A stretch of DNA of 64,000 nucleotides, taken from the NCBI GenBank assembly GCA_028818565.1, contig JAPPNV010000176.1, positions 6,382-70,381 of the forward strand, given 5' to 3'. Below the pieces are notes generated by a model, which did not search any database, was not told the origin of the DNA, and was given only the letters and a program-made list of their open reading frames with translations. The position numbers and the translations under genes were made by a program. The DNA is from Rhodospirillales bacterium. GTDB taxonomy: Bacteria; Pseudomonadota; Alphaproteobacteria; UBA828. Of the stretch, positions 62,797-64,000 are shown in pieces (the first letter of the stretch is position 1; each line of letters begins with the position of its first letter).

Positions 62797-64000
62797 GTGT
62801 TGAGGCGCTGGGCGGGCCTGCGCATTCATCTGGACGCGGTGTGGGCCGCCGAGCGTCGCCGCGTGTTCCTGTGGGTGCCGGTCCTCTTCGGCGCCGGCAG
62901 CGGCCTTTACCTCACGCTGCCGGTGGAGCCCATCGGCTGGATCGCGCCGGTTGCTGCCGGCCTCTTCGCGTTCGGGGCGTTGTTGCTGCGCCGGTATACA
63001 GCGCCGGCCCTTGGTCTCGCGGCGCTGGCGCTGCTCGCGGCCGGCGTCGCCGCCGCCGACTGGCGCTCGGACCGGGTCAGCGCGCCGGTGCTGGCCCACC
63101 CCACCGGCCCGGTGGACGTCTCCGGGCGCGTGGTCTGGGTCGGCGCCGGCGACGGCCCGCAGCGCTACCTCCTCGATCGCGTGACGATCGAGGGTTTGGC
63201 CCCAGACGAGACGCCCACGAAAGTGCGGCTCAGCATACGCAGCACCGGCCCGCATGGTCCGGCCTCGCCTGGGTCATGGCTGAGCGCGTTGGCCTCGCTA
63301 CGGCCGCCGCCGACGCCGGCGGAGCCGGGTGCGTGGGACTTCGCGCGGCAGGCGTGGTTTCAGCGCATCGGCGCCGTCGGCTTCGTCTATGGCGCGCCCG
63401 ATCCGATGGTCGCTCCCGAGGGGGAAGGCGGCGGCCCGCTCTCATGGCTTTCGCAGGTCCGCCACTGGGTCTCGGCGCGGATCCTCGCCCACACGTCGCC
63501 CTCGGCGGGGCCGTTTGCGGCGGCGCTGCTGACCGGCGACCGCAGCGCCATCGAAAAGACCACGCTCAAGGCGATGCGGGATTCCGGGCTCGCGCACCTG
63601 CTGGCGATCTCCGGACTTCACATCGGCCTCGTCGCCGGCTTCATTTTCTTCGCCACGCGCGGGCTCCTGGCTCTGATCGAGCCCGTGGCACTCAGAGCGC
63701 CGATCAAGAAGTGGGCGGCAGCAGTGGCACTGCTGGGCGCCGCAGCCTACCTGCTGCTCTCCGGCATGAGCGTGCCGACCCAGCGGGCCTTCGTCATGGT
63801 GGGCGTCGTGCTGCTCGCGGTCATGCTGGACCGCGCGAGCCTCTCCATGCGGCTGATCGCCTGGGCCGCGCTTCTGGTGCTGGCGATCGCGCCCGAAAGC
63901 ATGCTCGGGCCGAGCTTCCAGATGTCATTCGCCGCAGCCACCGCCCTGATTGCGACCTACGAGGCGGCGCGGGGCCTCTTCGCCAGAATGGCGGCACGCG
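62797..64000 (+). CDS. comEC: ComEC/Rec2 family competence protein, N-terminal part (runs off the window end)
   Basis: GTG/TTG start. Polytopic membrane N-terminus with [36 protein letters not shown]. gltX-comEC synteny is typical of alphaproteobacteria. The ORF track lacks it because it is truncated. Confidence 0.7.
   Translation, partial: MLRRWAGLRIHLDAVWAAERRRVFLWVPVLFGAGSGLYLTLPVEPIGWIAPVAAGLFAFGALLLRRYTAPALGLAALALLAAGVAAADWRSDRVSAPVLAHPTGPVDVSGRVVWVGAGDGPQRYLLDRVTIEGLAPDETPTKVRLSIRSTGPHGPASPGSWLSALASLRPPPTPAEPGAWDFARQAWFQRIGAVGFVYGAPDPMVAPEGEGGGPLSWLSQVRHWVSARILAHTSPSAGPFAAALLTGDRSAIEKTTLKAMRDSGLAHLLAISGLHIGLVAGFIFFATRGLLALIEPVALRAPIKKWAAAVALLGAAAYLLLSGMSVPTQRAFVMVGVVLLAVMLDRASLSMRLIAWAALLVLAIAPESMLGPSFQMSFAAATALIATYEAARGLFARMAAR

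Overview
This is a GC-rich (~68%) bacterial chromosomal segment, probably alphaproteobacterial (MucR/Ros, gltX-comEC, two-piece rpsM-rpsK-rpoA-rplQ operon, H+-pyrophosphatase, plsX-fabH-ihfA-merR). Most of it is housekeeping: miaB/phoH, ribosomal proteins S13/S11/L17/L32/L36, rpoA, dinB, glcDEF, znuCB-zur, hisI, gltX. Several segments look accessory. (1) A ~1.8 kb low-GC (~54%) island carrying one orphan 513-aa secreted protein lies directly upstream of the rpsM operon. (2) A PemK/MazF toxin-antitoxin pair sits between miaB and a tartrate-dehydrogenase-family gene. (3) gcdH is tightly linked to OtnK/OtnC-like genes. (4) Two tandem DUF2268 putative Zn-protease paralogs share a ~190 bp near-identical block, next to a secreted SH3b-MORN protein and a cupin. 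(5) A non-canonical aerobic benzoyl-CoA cluster (paaK-boxC-boxB-hydrolase, with no boxA or bclA) is present. (6) An ABC substrate-binding/permease pair with no ATPase is coupled to a HAMP-PP2C (RsbU-like) phosphatase, with a STAS partner nearby. (7) A translationally coupled SDR / DUF62 SAM-hydroxide-adenosyltransferase / pentapeptide-repeat operon lies beside a convergent cyanuric-acid-hydrolase/barbiturase-family gene and a cytosine-deaminase-like amidohydrolase. There are also three copies of a REP-like palindromic intergenic repeat, a 27-nt dispersed repeat, and an unexplained 650-bp non-coding gap. No CRISPR array, rRNA, tRNA or transposase was found. Many ORFs in the six-frame track are wrong-frame artefacts of the high GC content.
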